A stretch of DNA of 57,326 nt, the filler included, from Sphacelaria rigidula (Eukaryota): assembly GCA_964200075.2 (NCBI GenBank). It is 7 parts of 7 records of this genome, joined end to end, with 100 filler letters (N's around TTAATTAATTAA, not from the genome) between each part and the next. Parts side by side here need not be neighbours in the genome. Positions count along the whole stretch, not along the records: positions 1 to 8,104 come from CAXNAA020012282.1; positions 8,205 to 16,308 come from CAXNAA020012283.1; 5 more parts are not named here. One strand, 5' to 3'. Numbering within the stretch: the stretch's first letter is position 1; every line of letters starts with the position of its first letter. Below are positions 1-11,940 of this stretch, one piece after another. The notes under the pieces were generated by a model. It did not search any database. It saw nothing but the letters and a program-made list of their open reading frames with translations, and had not been told where the DNA came from. Made by a program: the position numbers and the translations under genes.

Positions 1-2004
1 TTGATCGTGTGACCGGTGGCACCGATAGTTGGTTGCATTTTTGCGTACCTGTGACGTAACACGAGAAGCGTGCCGAGCAGCGTCATCGCGTTTTCGCTTC
101 GCTAGTGAGTGACAACTCTTTTGGTGTCGCAGCAGGTATGGTGCGAGATGGCAAGAGGAGACTTATTCGCTTTTCACGGAGGACAGCCGTACTCAAGCCC
201 GGAAGATTTCAGGCATCACCTGAAGAGCTTGAAATCCGACAGCTGTTGCACCGCGAGTGGTTCATCGTGAGGGGAGCCCAATCGCAGAATGGAGGCCATA
301 ACACTGCAGGCAGCTGCTGGGTTGAGCCGGGGGCGGACAATGGAGCAACAGGCTGTTATCATTCGGGGACGGAATATTCAATTCGTTCATGCCATGTACC
401 TGTTCGGTTCAGTTGCGTGCCGTCGTTTGTTGAATATTGGGGTCCCTGGCGTTCCCACGAGGGCTTCGTGTAGTCGTTTGAACCTTTTCCACGTCGATTA
501 TTGTCATCAATAGGTGTTACCTAAGGCCGTTTGTGTGTCTTTAGCTTGAGCTGCAGAGATATGCTCGGTTTGGCGAGTTGCTGCTTTGTCTCCCGATAGT
601 AATGCCCACGTTCGACAGCGTTTGTATATCATAGCCGTGGACCGGGTTGGCCGCGTGGGTGTCTGCAATATCCGGTGTGCTGCCGAGCAATGCTCGCTAC
701 ACACCATATGCTGTATCCCTGAACTCATATGGTCGTGTGTATGTGTCTTCAATAACTCATGTCTTGAGCGGTGGCTGGACCCCTCTGAGCTTGTTGAAAG
801 TGCTTTCTCAAGCGTCGTGAGCCGACAAGAACATGGAAGTGCTTGATCGTCTGAAGAGTGTTGATGAGCCAAATGCTAAAACACGCGCGTGAATATGAAT
901 CTGTGAATCTGTGAATCTGTAGTTTGTGCCTTGATTTACTGTACCGTACATGTGTCGCTTCACTCGAGGATGAGACTTGGGGCTACTGTAGCTATAGAGG
1001 CTCGGTGCGCTCAAACCCTTGCGATTTGCTTCATACCGGATGTGCAAAGAGTAAAGTGACCAACTCCAGTGCTTTTCGTAACCGCAGTCTCTCAGGGTGA
1101 CATTTGTAGCACAGCGCGCAGTACACGATTTTTCCGGATGCGTGCTGGTTGTCCCAACAAGAATAACATGGCGAAATTGTGCCCTTGAATCCCGCTTGAG
1201 CTGCAAAGCAGCGCCGATGTCTTGCTGCAGCTACACCGGTACCCACCGGCAAATTGACGAAGGGCACTTCCGCGGTAACCAAGGCCAAAGTCTCGCCTGC
1301 CCAGTTGTGACTTGAATCGAGAAAGAAGAATGTATTTCAGCTGGAAATTTGGTGGAGATGCCGAGTCCGTCGTTCCTTTTGCGATATGAATCTTCCTTTC
1401 ACTGCTAAAGAACTATTCAGAGAGGTTTGGTAAATTTGGGCATTCAAGACGCGTTGTAATAAAAGGCAAGCCGATCACTGCATCTGCGCTATCGAATGAA
1501 AAGGGTTCGAAAACACTCGCGGCCGAATCGGCTCAAGTTCGGGTTCGCAAACGCCGAAGAAGTTCATTTCAATTTGGAGCAACGTGCGGTCTTCTGTAAT
1601 ATTGCCCCTCTTTTATTTCGGCTGTTTCAGAACACTCAACACCTCAAAAGTCGAAAATTCACACACATGGCAGGCGCGCGCAACTGAATAGAAAACATCT
1701 TCAAAGTATGGATGAAGTCTCATGCGGAGGTTGGCTCCATGGTTTTTCCGGGGGTAGGAAAATAGCCGTCCCCGGGGCGGTATCCACCTTTTGGCATGTC
1801 GCAAACAGAAGATCGTGCCCCTGACGATCCTAGGAATACATGGTAAGGGTGTGAGGGTGTAGATGTTTCGATGATACCTCTCATGCGTTTAGAAGGATAA
1901 TGCAGTCCGCCCGCAAGTGACTAATATGTCGAATAACACAACCCCCGTGTTCGGGTGTTTGGCGAGGGGAGATTCTTATCTCGTCGTTGGGGAGGGGGGG
2001 GGGG

Positions 2005-2075
2005 TGGGGCGGGTACTCATTTGTTGCTTGCCTTAGTCATTTGACCATTGACCACGCATTCCTTTCGAGACGGAG
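2005..2075 (-). mobile_element. Poly(C)-ended mini-retroposon, subfamily A
   Basis: Matches copies at 3361, 21209, 26805 and 42038; flanked by 18-bp direct repeat gtcgttggggaggggggg (1983-2000 and 2075-2092). Confidence 0.8.
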
Positions 2076-2575
2076 TCGTTGGGGAGGGGGGGAAGCAAGA
2101 CATAATATCAACAATGTGTAGAATGCAGGCGACCATTCTCGAGTTGAGGGGCAATAGCATTCGTTTTTGACACTCCCTGACGACAGGTTATAACCGCTGC
2201 GCGTACGCAGGGACGGGATGTGAAACAATGTATTCCCTGGGGTGTCTGAAGCCCCGTGAAGCAGAACAGGAGGTGTGGCTAGGTAGGGTAGGTTGTACGC
2301 TTTCTGTCACCACCGGTCACGAGTTCACGTTTTTTATATTTCGGCCGTAAATGGTCCAGACGTCGGGTAACACCCCCTTCCCCGTGATAATGTTCGGAGA
2401 GGGGATGCGTTGATATCGTCACTCGGGGGGAGTGAATGGGGGGCGGGAGGAATCATGAAGCAGCGGTATCGTGTGGTTAGGTGTTTTCTGAATACCTTCC
2501 GCGTGTTCAGGCGTATCGCCATTCGTATTTTACAGGCCCTGACAGTAGGTTGTTACCCGTGCGATCACCTGCGGA

Positions 2576-2650
2576 GGGGTGTACTTCTGATCTTGCATGT
2601 CATAGTGATATGACCATTGACCTGACATCCGTGCAAAGCCGGGACGGAGC
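2576..2650 (-). mobile_element. Poly(C)-ended mini-retroposon, subfamily B
   Basis: Reverse complement gctccgtcc...ggtcaatggtca...agtacacccc is homologous to subfamily A and to copies at 12416 and 21291; no TSD visible. Confidence 0.65.
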
Positions 2651-3360
2651 ACGGCAAGTTTTCGCCGGACCAGGCTCTCAATCAATCACCAAACGACAAG
2701 TGGCGTGGTGTGTTCGGCGAGTCGCCCGATGGGTGACCTACATCCTGCTAAGATTGTTCGGCCCGAAGCGTACTGGTTATCTTGCTTATGGATGGCAGCC
2801 TCCAATGAGTTGCTTCGGGGATGGATCAATTTTCTCCCCGGCACGTCTCCCGTTGAGAGAAACGGATGGTACCGCTAGACAGGGTAGACCGTAGGCTTTC
2901 AATTATTGGTACCGATCACGTGTTCAGACTCGTCGCTGTCCGGCCGCGAATGACTCAAACGGACGACGACACCCATTTCACGCTCAGAATATTCGCGGAG
3001 GGGATGTTTTGATTTCATCCTCGGGAAAGGAATGCGGGGAGGAACGGGTCATACATCATTATAATAGAGTGGACACATACATTTTAGCGATGGCTCTCGC
3101 ATGTTCAGGGGCATCGCTCTTCTTGCGTCGAAATGCCTGCATTATGGGTGAGAACGGTGGATGACACGATGACACCCTCCATCGTTTTCGGGGAGGGGAT
3201 GAAGCGGCTCCATCCCCGAGTGGGGGGAAACGGGGGGCTGGAGATGAACAGCTTTTATTGTTTGCACGTGTTATCGACGCCTTCGTCTGTTTAGGTGCAT
3301 CACCATTCGTGTGTAACAGGACAAAATGGTAGATACCAGCCGCGAGAGATAATGTTTTAG

Positions 3361-3433
3361 GGGGGGGCGTACTCATTTGTTGCTTGCCTTAGTCGTTCGA
3401 CCATTGACCACGCATCCCTTTCGAGACGGAGCA
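3361..3433 (-). mobile_element. Poly(C)-ended mini-retroposon, subfamily A
   Basis: Near-identical to the 2005-2075 copy; 16-bp direct repeat taatgttttagggggg at 3350-3365 and 3435-3450. Confidence 0.85.
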
Positions 3434-5390
3434 TTAATGTTTTAGGGGGGAGAAGCATTCACCAAATCCTCGGGTGAGGAAGTACGTTTCATTTTTCATT
3501 CTTCTATAGTTCGACCATCCCAAAAGTAGTTCTGTATTGCCGTTCGCACGTTATGAACCAAACTGTGGATACCACCCCCAAATTCACGACAGAACTCCCT
3601 GCCGGGGACGGCTGTTTCCTCGTCCCCTGTGCCATCATGTACCCCCTCCCCCTCTCAGATTAGACTTGACCAATGTTGCTGTACGATCAAGTGTCATCAA
3701 TCCATAATTAGGCTCTTGATAAAATTTTCAAATGTGTCGGAAATGAAAATCCTCAGAGTGTGGCCTGGGTCATCGTGGTTGTGCCCCGGAGCACTTGAGG
3801 CTCACGCTCCGCAACAGTTCTGTATGCCCTGGAGTAATCATGTTACATTGGCAGCCCTGGACTCAGGCCTGTTTGTCAACGATATGAGGACCTTTCGCGA
3901 GCCGTTCGGAAGGAGCTTACCTTGCATGTAGGCAAGTAGTACACGTAGAACAACAGTGCTGTCGACACGAAGATGCCATTGACTACGCAACGCTTGGCGA
4001 GAGGAGGGCGACTGGTTGTACGATGCCCGCACTATATGGTATATCATGATTGATGTCGTGATACTGCGGAGGTGTTGCGGCGGCTGCGTTTCTGACAATA
4101 TGCCACCCTCTCAGTACAAAAGCCGTTCGACGATACGGGGGGGGGTTATCTGTGCAGTGTTGCCTAAAGGAGCACCGTTACGACACTGCTTGAGTCAGCA
4201 TAGAATCCAGTCGTCAACGCTCGGACGGAGAACCCCCTCCAACGGGATTGTGAGACGGGCTTTTCTTCATTTCCACTCGATCGAGAGGTGACATATCGGT
4301 AGACATGGGAGGAAAATACAGGTCGTTTAATAGAAACAATCTTTCCAATTTTGTTGTCGCGGCAACACAGGGGACGGCAGCCCGTTTTTGTGGGGGTGGG
4401 CCCAATTGCCCGTATTATATGGTCGACACACAAGAAGTTTTTTCGGCTTTTATAGTACATTAGAGCTATATAGCTAAACGCTGGGGGGAAACGACTGAGC
4501 CTATAGACAATTGCTTACCAGCAGAAGGATCAGAGTTGGTCCGATTGAGCGGAAATATCGAAGAGCCAGAACCTGGAGCGGCTGTTTGCTCGTGGATTCT
4601 CGACAACCACATGGCCCGTACAAATTGACCATGGGGATGGTTTCTTTCTCGGATTTTATTTCGAGCATAAACATAACCGTGCGTCTTCGTCAACATTTTT
4701 TTCAAATGCGAGACATCCACTGCGCCGTGGGAAATGACGGTGACCGAAGAATCCGGGGAAACCGCTTTCAGTTCAACCGAATACTACCCGTTCGTTGGAG
4801 GGACGACTGCGATAGCTGGGTTGCCCTTGATGTCGGTATTTGGCGACGTGTCGGTAGCTTGGCGGCGCATGATCGCATGGAAAGGCACGAAAAGACGCGT
4901 GTAGTTGTACATCAGAACCCGTCACCGCCCTCGTTGTTTCGGCCATCAATGTACTACTGCATGTCCTCCCTACCGTGGGCTGGCTCACAAACAAAAAATG
5001 GAAGAGGCAGAAGGCGTTACAAACCGGTTGGTTGCTCTCCTAGCTCCCTGCCTAGTACTATTACTACTTCTGAAATGCAGCGTATTATCATTATCACGAT
5101 AACAGCTGCTTTATCACCAGGCTTCCTGCACCGGCGCTGCACCAATTTTGAATATGGCTAATTCCTATACCCTGAGTGTAAACCTGGCAACTTCCTAGCT
5201 AGCCTATAACGGGACACTTCAGTCCTCCTCCACCCTAAAATGTCACACAGACTGAACCATTCTGTCCCCGGGTTTGCTAGAGGCATAGCGTGCTCGTTTC
5301 TTTTCGAGCACTCAACTGTTTGAGTGGCCCGCGCACGTTTCATTCCAAATCTCGCACAGCAACAGCCAGGCAACAAACGATCCCGCAGTC

Positions 5391-5512
5391 ATGATGACTC
5401 GGGCAGCAGCAACCGTTCGCGGCGCGGGGGCAAGGCTTCATCGTCAAGCAGGGGCTGGCCCTCCTCAGGTCGCATCGACATGGCGGTGCCTGGGCAACGC
5501 CGTGATCTCCAG
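5391..5512 (+). CDS. Possible first coding exon with an organelle-presequence-like N-terminus (MMTRAAATVRGAGARLHRQAGAGPPQVASTWRCLGNAVIS)
   Basis: ATG start, Ala/Arg-rich with no acidic residues, ends at CAG|GTATTG donor; no downstream exon identified. Confidence 0.3.
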
Positions 5513-5527
5513 GTATTGTATACGTCA

Positions 5528-5973
5528 AGTTTTTTCAAAAAGGCTTGCGAATAGGAAAGCCAACGGCCGCTGGCGGGTGTTTCGAGGTGTTTACTCTTAC
5601 CGTTGTCGTTGTTTGTGTACTCGTGTTTTGCCTTGCAAGGTAGTAAATCACTCCATAGAGTCGTCGCATTGTCAAGCTGCAATAAGTGGACTACTGCCAC
5701 TGTCCTTCACGCATGCATTTGGCCTATTGTCAATAGATACGCTCTTCTTCAGTTTTTTCAAAAAGGCTTGCGAATAGGAAAGCCAACGGCCGCTGGCGGG
5801 TGTTTCGAGGTGTTTACTCTTACCGTTGTCGTTGTTCGTGTACTCGTGTTTTGCCTTGCAAGGTAATAAACCACTTAATAGAGTCGTCGCATTGTCAAGC
5901 TGCAATAAGTGGACTACTGCCACTGTCCTTCACGCATGCATATGACCTATTGTCAATAGATACGCTCTTGTTC
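5528..5973. repeat. Tandem duplication, 2 x 223 bp
   Basis: agttttttcaaaaaggcttgcgaatagg... starts at 5528 and again at 5751, with only a few substitutions. Confidence 0.95.
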
Positions 5974-7325
5974 ATCCCACTCTCTCCGGGGGAACCTTTG
6001 TTTGTTTCCAGGCAAACATGATGTTGAGCTGTTCATAGCGTTCATTTCCGTCATTTTTTGCCCGGGTTGTTTCGACAACGAACGGCTGTACTCAGTAGTA
6101 GTTGTCCGCAATCTTTCTTGTTGAAGGCCAAGCGCGGGTTGGCTGCGCCGGCACAAAATAAAATGCAGCGAGTCATTGACCTGTACTTCCACGACTAGGA
6201 CAGAGAATGAATGCACTGGATGATCAGAATGAGAGGGCGCCGCGGGGCAAGCCAATATGTCGCGTTAGGGTTGCATCACGATACCTGCGTCAAGGAGTGG
6301 GAAGCAGCATCTTTACGGTTGCCAGTGTTTTCGCTCCCTTCTTTCCAAAATATCTTCAGGTCCCCTGTGGTGATATTTCCTGGTCGAGTTTTGTTCGGCA
6401 CAAAGCGCAGTCAGACTATAGGAATGCACGTGCAATACTACACTTGCTGCGCCCTGCTCATTTCCCTGTGACTCAGCAACTCTTCTCTCCCGCTCAACAA
6501 ACAAACTCACCGGAGGGCCTTGCTTGATAACCATCCCAACTGTTGAATTGTGTTGTGTTGCATGCTATTATTATTATTGTTGCATGCTTGAATATACGCG
6601 CATGCGACCACCGGATGCCATGCACAAAGAATAACCATCTTTCCCCAGAGAAAGTCACCCATATCATGTGCAGTGATAATGTACATATCTGTACAACACA
6701 CAACAGTAGACGGCATCTGTCGATGTAGGCTGAATGGCACCCCCTCAATTGAACGGAAAGATGAAATGCCGGTAACTCAGATAAGCCATTTCCACACACA
6801 CACCGTATGTATGGCCAGTCACTGACTGTTGAGTGCAGGGCAGTATCCAATGCTGCAATGCTGCACAGACAACAGTGGTGTGAATGCGCCGGAAGGACAG
6901 ATCCTAATCTTTTTGCAGTACGTGACGTTACAGATTGTTGTTTTATAACAGTGACATGATTCATACTTCACCATGTTGCTTTCCCAGAAGGGACAGAAAG
7001 TAGTTAGGTGTGACGAAAGTAAGCATCTGCATTCGAGCGGAAATCAACTGTGTTCCTATTCGCGACAGACGGCCAAGCGAGCTACGTAGTGCTGGTTATG
7101 GTTGAGGAAGCGCGTACGCGTACAGATGAGGATTATCTATGCAGAAGTTGTACTGCACATACAAAATCACCAGTAGGGCAAGCTCATGGCGGGGACTGCT
7201 AGTCGCGTTCATCAGCTGGCGGCGTGGTCCGTTCGGTCTCGGTTTGCAGGGAAGCGATATCTTATTCCCATCTCTCTGCATCGCTCTATGAGAGGTACTG
7301 TCTGCTGTACAGCTCAGTGCATAGC

Positions 7326-7387
7326 TATCTCCTTCACCTTGTAAGGTTGTGTTGTTGTTGTTGCTGCTGCTGCCGCCGCCGCTGCTG
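7326..7387. repeat. Compound (GTT)n(GCT)n(GCC)n microsatellite
   Basis: Seen directly. Confidence 0.85.
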
Positions 7388-8104
7388 AAAGTGGTCCCTG
7401 TGTACCCGTTCCGTAGCATTGTATCCCTTCCTCTCCTCCCAGTTTGCGTCGCTGTTTATATGTCAAAAGCGAGGGACAGGAGAGGTGCAGTCCAGCAGTC
7501 AGTACAGAGTAGTGAAGAAGCAGCTGTTGTTGTACACAACAGATGTTGACATGAGGCACACTCGTAGGTACCAACTAATTCGTCTACTGCACTGTCTGTA
7601 TTCCATCTGTGTAGCTTTGTACCGACTGCAGTGGTACATGCCCGACTATGTCATGACAGCTGCTGGACACGCCGTGCTCATCGTCCATCCCTTGTGTTTC
7701 GCGGGGCGCTTGTCTCTTACTCGCAAGAGCGACGGGTTTAGTGGACGGTCTGGATGACTGCCGTCCTGTCTGAAGCACTAATTTTCGAACCCCCCACTGA
7801 ATTACTCCGCTGGTTTGTGTACATGCTGGACGCGGCGCAGCTTCTCGAGTTGTTTTGGCTTATTTCCATCTGTAGTACAGCTAGTGCAGTTGTACGAAAA
7901 ACAACCGAGCAGCGTTGCCATTAGCCATCATCGCCAGTAGATGGCTGGTTCTTTTCATGAAGTGGTCGACGGGGTCTCGCCAGGCATGTGTATACTCGAT
8001 GAAAAAATTGCCTTGGCGCAGTTGACAAATTGTCGGCTGCAGCAATGCCTTCGGCGGCAATGGTTTGAGCGATGGCGCATGCTGGGTACGCTGGCGAGCA
8101 CTAT

Positions 8105-8204
8105 NNNNNNNNNNNNNNNNNNNNNNNNNNNNNNNNNNNNNNNNNNNNTTAATTAATTAANNNNNNNNNNNNNNNNNNNNNNNNNNNNNNNNNNNNNNNN
8201 NNNN
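8105..8204. other. Artificial contig linker
   Basis: N44-TTAATTAATTAA-N44, stops in all six frames. Confidence 0.98.
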
Positions 8205-8479
8205 TCATTTCTCCTCCAAACAAAGAAGGTACCCAGGTTTGTCGCTAATGCACCATGGTATATCCTACTGTGACGTTTGCCCTTTTATTTTTTACCCGCG
8301 TCCTTTCCCTTCTTGTGTCACGTATATCCCTTTTTCCATCTCTCCCTCTTTTTTCATCGAGTGTTGCTTTCCCCCTCAAGTCTCCTGACAACACTCTTGT
8401 CCTGTCTTGTCTCGATTGCTGTGAGCCGTCTCTGCTCTGTTGTCATCTTCCACACCCTCTGTCGCGTGCTTCAAAAAAG

Positions 8480-8613
8480 GCAATTTATCAAGCGAGGATA
8501 CGGCGTGATCTATCTTGCCCGCGAGGGATGTGCGGCGCCGTTTGCTCGGCGATTTCAGGACCTTGTGTCGCCTCACATTGATCTTCATTTCATGGATAAG
8601 CTCGTGCTTGGCG
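8480..8613 (+). CDS. PPCS: Internal exon of phosphopantothenate--cysteine ligase
   Basis: AAG| acceptor and G|GTAAGC donor; (E)QFIKRGYGVIYLAREGCAAPFARRFQDLVSPHIDLHFMDKLVLG matches the eukaryotic PPCS motif E-x-F-x3-GY-x-VI(F/Y)L-x-R-x-G-x3-P(F/Y)-x-R. Confidence 0.75.
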
Positions 8614-9221
8614 GTAAGCAGGGTTTGCCTTAGATTTTTTATTTTACTACTTTATTTATTTCATATGGTGAAGGAGTTAGTGAAGTGCGTCTTTTTTCTG
8701 GTCCACTTTTCTCATTATTTTGTATTTCATTTCTTGTTCTCAGATGCAATGCAACGATGTTTTATGTTTCATGTATGTGTGTATGCTATTATGATCATGA
8801 GGTATATTGACAGCGTGAATGTCTATCCGCCCCATACTCTTGCGAGTATGATCGTGAAGCTTTTCATACTTCAACCAAGTCCTTTTTTAATCATTTTGGA
8901 ACAGTTTATTACAATACGCTCTGTCTGACCGCTTTGTTCGCAAACGAACTCGTCACTGCCAACCATACCATATCTCCGCTCAACGGGCGGGCGAGATAGA
9001 AACGCGCGACTGCATCGAGATAAACACGGACAAATACACCGCGCTCTTCGTTTCACGTACCAAAAAAGAGCACCAATTACATTCAAAGTTCTCAGCGAAT
9101 GCTTGCACCGATGTCCACCAACAGCTTGTACGCGTCCCCCCACTTGGCACTTTTTTCCCCGTGAAGCGTGGTATTGAGTGAACACAGCGGGTTTCTCATT
9201 GTTTTCTTGATATCATGCTGA

Positions 9222-9366
9222 GTTGGGAGACGCCGTGATTTCTTCGCGTACTTTATCTGGTGTTGATGGGGAAGGCTTCCAGGGCAGAGGAGAACCAGTT
9301 CCACATGACGTCGGTGCAGATCCGCCGGTCCAACCATTACGATTTTTTAATCTACCAGCGCACAAC
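9222..9366 (+). repeat. Dispersed repeat; diverged inverted copy at ~13537-13685
   Basis: Shared gaaccagttccaca...gtgc(a/g)ga(t/c)ccgccggtccaac...tttt-aatctacc. Confidence 0.7.
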
Positions 9367-9392
9367 TTTTTATTTTATTTTTTATGCCCCCT

Positions 9393-9505
9393 CTTTTCTT
9401 CAGAGCGTGTTTCAGTTTCTTTTTCTTGGGTACGTCTATCATGAGACCACAGCTGGACCCCAGAGGAGTCAGTTAAAGTACATCAATCAATCAATCAATC
9501 AATCA
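9393..9505 (+). mobile_element. 3' end of a non-LTR retroposon with (AATC)n tail
   Basis: ttgggtacgtctatcatgagaccac-gctgga core followed by (aatc)n; further copies at 9803-9925 (-) and 36784-36896 (+). Confidence 0.7.
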
Positions 9506-9802
9506 AACAACAGAGCCGGTACACCATTTTTGAACCCGCCCTCGCACAACAGAGCCGGCAGATAGCACACGCCACGGCACGCACACCCACAACACCATAG
9601 CTCACACGCACACGTACGCGGACGAACCACCACCCACTAGCAGCAAAAGCCAATAGAGCATACAGCAGAACAATGAAGACCATCGCTCGTGCATGACAAA
9701 CGCACACGGACAAAAAGCTGGCCCATATATCCACCTTGGAGGAAAATGAAAAAAAAAAAACGGATAACCCTTGATATTATTTTCATACTACAAGGCCGGC
9801 GT

Positions 9803-9925
9803 GTGAGTGATTGATTGATTGTCGCACATTGAGTGACCCCCCAGGGGTCATGATCCAGCCGTGGTCTCATGATAGACGTACCCAACAAGAACGAAACTGA
9901 AACATGCTCTAAAGAAGAAAAAAAA
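9803..9925 (-). mobile_element. 3' end of a non-LTR retroposon with (AATC)n tail, inverted copy
   Basis: Reverse complement matches 9393-9505. Confidence 0.7.
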
Positions 9926-10536
9926 ACAGGAACACACACAAAAAAAAAGCGTGTGTTCGCTCTTTTTTGCGTTGTGTACTTCGAATCCGAAAGCGCCGGT
10001 TCATAACCTGTTTCAGGGCACTTCCCGCAGTGAGCAAGAAAAAGTCGGAAACTGACTTATTTTTGCAGGTTTCAAGGGTGAGCTTGAAAAGCACTCGGAC
10101 AAGAAAGTTCAACCCCGGGATGTTTCAGTGATGTGGAACCTGAATACGGAGGGCGTCACCTTAACGCAAGGTTTGTCCATATCAAGGATGTTTTCTAACA
10201 TCAAGTGTGTCCAAAAAAATGAAGACAAGTCGTCTATGGTCGGTGAAACGTCGTCGAACAGCTTTGGCGCTTTTCGGAGGCTAACATCACCTGATTAACA
10301 CCTCTAACGGTCAGGCTAGCCGTGGGGTTGGAGGCCCTTACTTGCTTGAACTAATAAATCAGGGTTAACGTCGGGGTAATTATTTGTTCTTCGCTATTTT
10401 GTTCAAAACCTCTACGCGTTGGAGACTCGTCGCGTTCATACCCGCGGCATTGCTGCCACGCGCGTCAGGCTTGGCTTAGCATACACGCTATTTCTTACTA
10501 TTTTTGTTATTATTATTTTCATTTCATTTTTATATT

Positions 10537-10571
10537 ATCATCATCATCATCATCATCATCATCATCGTCAT
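10537..10571. repeat. (CAT)n microsatellite
   Basis: Seen directly. Confidence 0.9.
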
Positions 10572-11276
10572 TGTATTTTGCTTTCTCTGTTCCACAAGAT
10601 GATCCCGTTTGGAGGTTTTGCCGCATTTCTCGTACGTATTTTCGGCTTTTCCCGAACGTTTTGTTTGTTGTTGTTCTCGTGAAGTTTTGGAGCAGAACTC
10701 AAAACCGAGGCTTTTGCCGAGCCCCCAATAGACAAGCAGCTGCACTCACAGCGATCAGAGTGTGTCGCTCGTGCATAACCAGAATCTAGCGGTTGACAGC
10801 CTTCGCATCAATTTTGGAGAAACGCTTTTTTCATGGTTCCGGAGGCGTTTCGGAGAACCGCCCGAATTCGTCATTTTCCGGTCTCCCGCCACCACAGCAC
10901 TTTTTGAGCACGAAGCCGTCTGCGTTCCCAAGGGCAGCAGCCGTCAGCAAGCGAGGAGACCCCGCGGACCGCCTTCTTGAGCATTACAGATCATGTCGAC
11001 GAGCCAGACTGCTGTTAATGCTGTTAGTGCGGTTTCCGCTTCTGTCGGCGCGGGTTCTACTGCTGTTGGCTCATCTCCTGCTGCTGATCTGCTAAAACTC
11101 CGGGTCTCCTTTGGAAAATCTCACTGCATAAGCCCACTTTGTGTTTTTTTCACGCCGGGGATGATGGCATGTGATCCACTGGAGCTTTTTTTTACATGAT
11201 GGCAACAGTATGTGAAAGACATGTTGCAGGTCCGTATGTCGCAAAAAACTGTATTGGGTACATTATCGCAATATTT

Positions 11277-11802
11277 CACGGTTAGGACAAATCAGAATTC
11301 ATACAAGTCGACTCCTCATGACGGGTAAGCAGTCATACTGTATAAGCCTTTGGTCCCGCTGAGTCGAGGGTGGATAACACATATGCACCGCAGTCATCTT
11401 GCGCGGACTACACCCGTGAGCANNNNNNNNNNGCCCATCGGAAGTGAAGATTCAACCTGTACAACATTTTGGTCCCGCATTAGCCCGAAAGTGTGGAAAA
11501 TGTACGGGCGCTCATCTCCAACAAGTTGGTCGAGTAAGTTGCACGTGACGTTCCCGACTCATGATGATAAGAAGTGCGTGGCATGTACAATCGATGCATC
11601 CAAATTTTCAGTGCAGGGTTGACTATGTGCCCATCATTTACCCCGGTAGTCATGGAAGGTATGAAGCGAGTACCTTCGGGTTATACTGAACCACGCACAA
11701 GCTAAGAAGCTGTATGAATTACAAATGATGTACGACGAGTATGATCTAATCATTGAAATGATGGCTCTGAGTTGACTAACGAGTTGATTTGTCCTAGCCG
11801 TG
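11277..11802. mobile_element. hAT-type MITE
   Basis: TIR CACGG(T/C)TAGGACAAATCA at both ends; perfect 8-bp TSD caatattt (11269-11276 and 11803-11810); the same end recurs at 43473 and 49224-49423. Confidence 0.85.
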
Positions 11803-11940
11803 CAATATTTCACCACGGGCTTATCCAATGAGATTTTCCAAATGGGCTTATCTTGTGGGACAGAAGAAGTATTTTTATTTTACTTTTTATCATTGCTATT
11901 ATTATCAAGCGTTTGTCGGGAGAAGATTTTCAGACACGGA

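Larger units (their letters stand above)
1930..3320. repeat. Degenerate ~180-200 bp repeat, about 4 dispersed/tandem copies (~1935-2190, 2341-2536, 2941-3122, 3169-3320)
   Basis: Shared blocks ACACCC...TTC-G-GAGGGGAT...G-rich stretch, then TGTTCAGGCGTATCGCCATTCGT / TGTTCAGGGGCATCGC / TGTTTAGGTGCATCACCATTCGT. Confidence 0.55.

Noticed and set aside
1-1800. Possible retroelement fragments on the minus strand (DAVIGLPFI protease-like; VARACHVCE integrase zinc-finger-like)
   Set aside because: The motifs are in different frames, in the wrong order and lack catalytic residues; not supportable by eye.
3500-4460. Faint inverted similarity (ccaccccca...cgtcccctgtg) suggesting an old TIR element
   Set aside because: Only two short blocks match; no ends or TSD.
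4511-5161. Longest ORF in the track (216 aa)
   Set aside because: TTG start, no recognisable domain, composition like non-coding DNA.
10069-10170. Phase-compatible candidate next exon of PPCS (GFKGELEKHSDKKVQ...)
   Set aside because: No resemblance to the expected downstream PPCS sequence.
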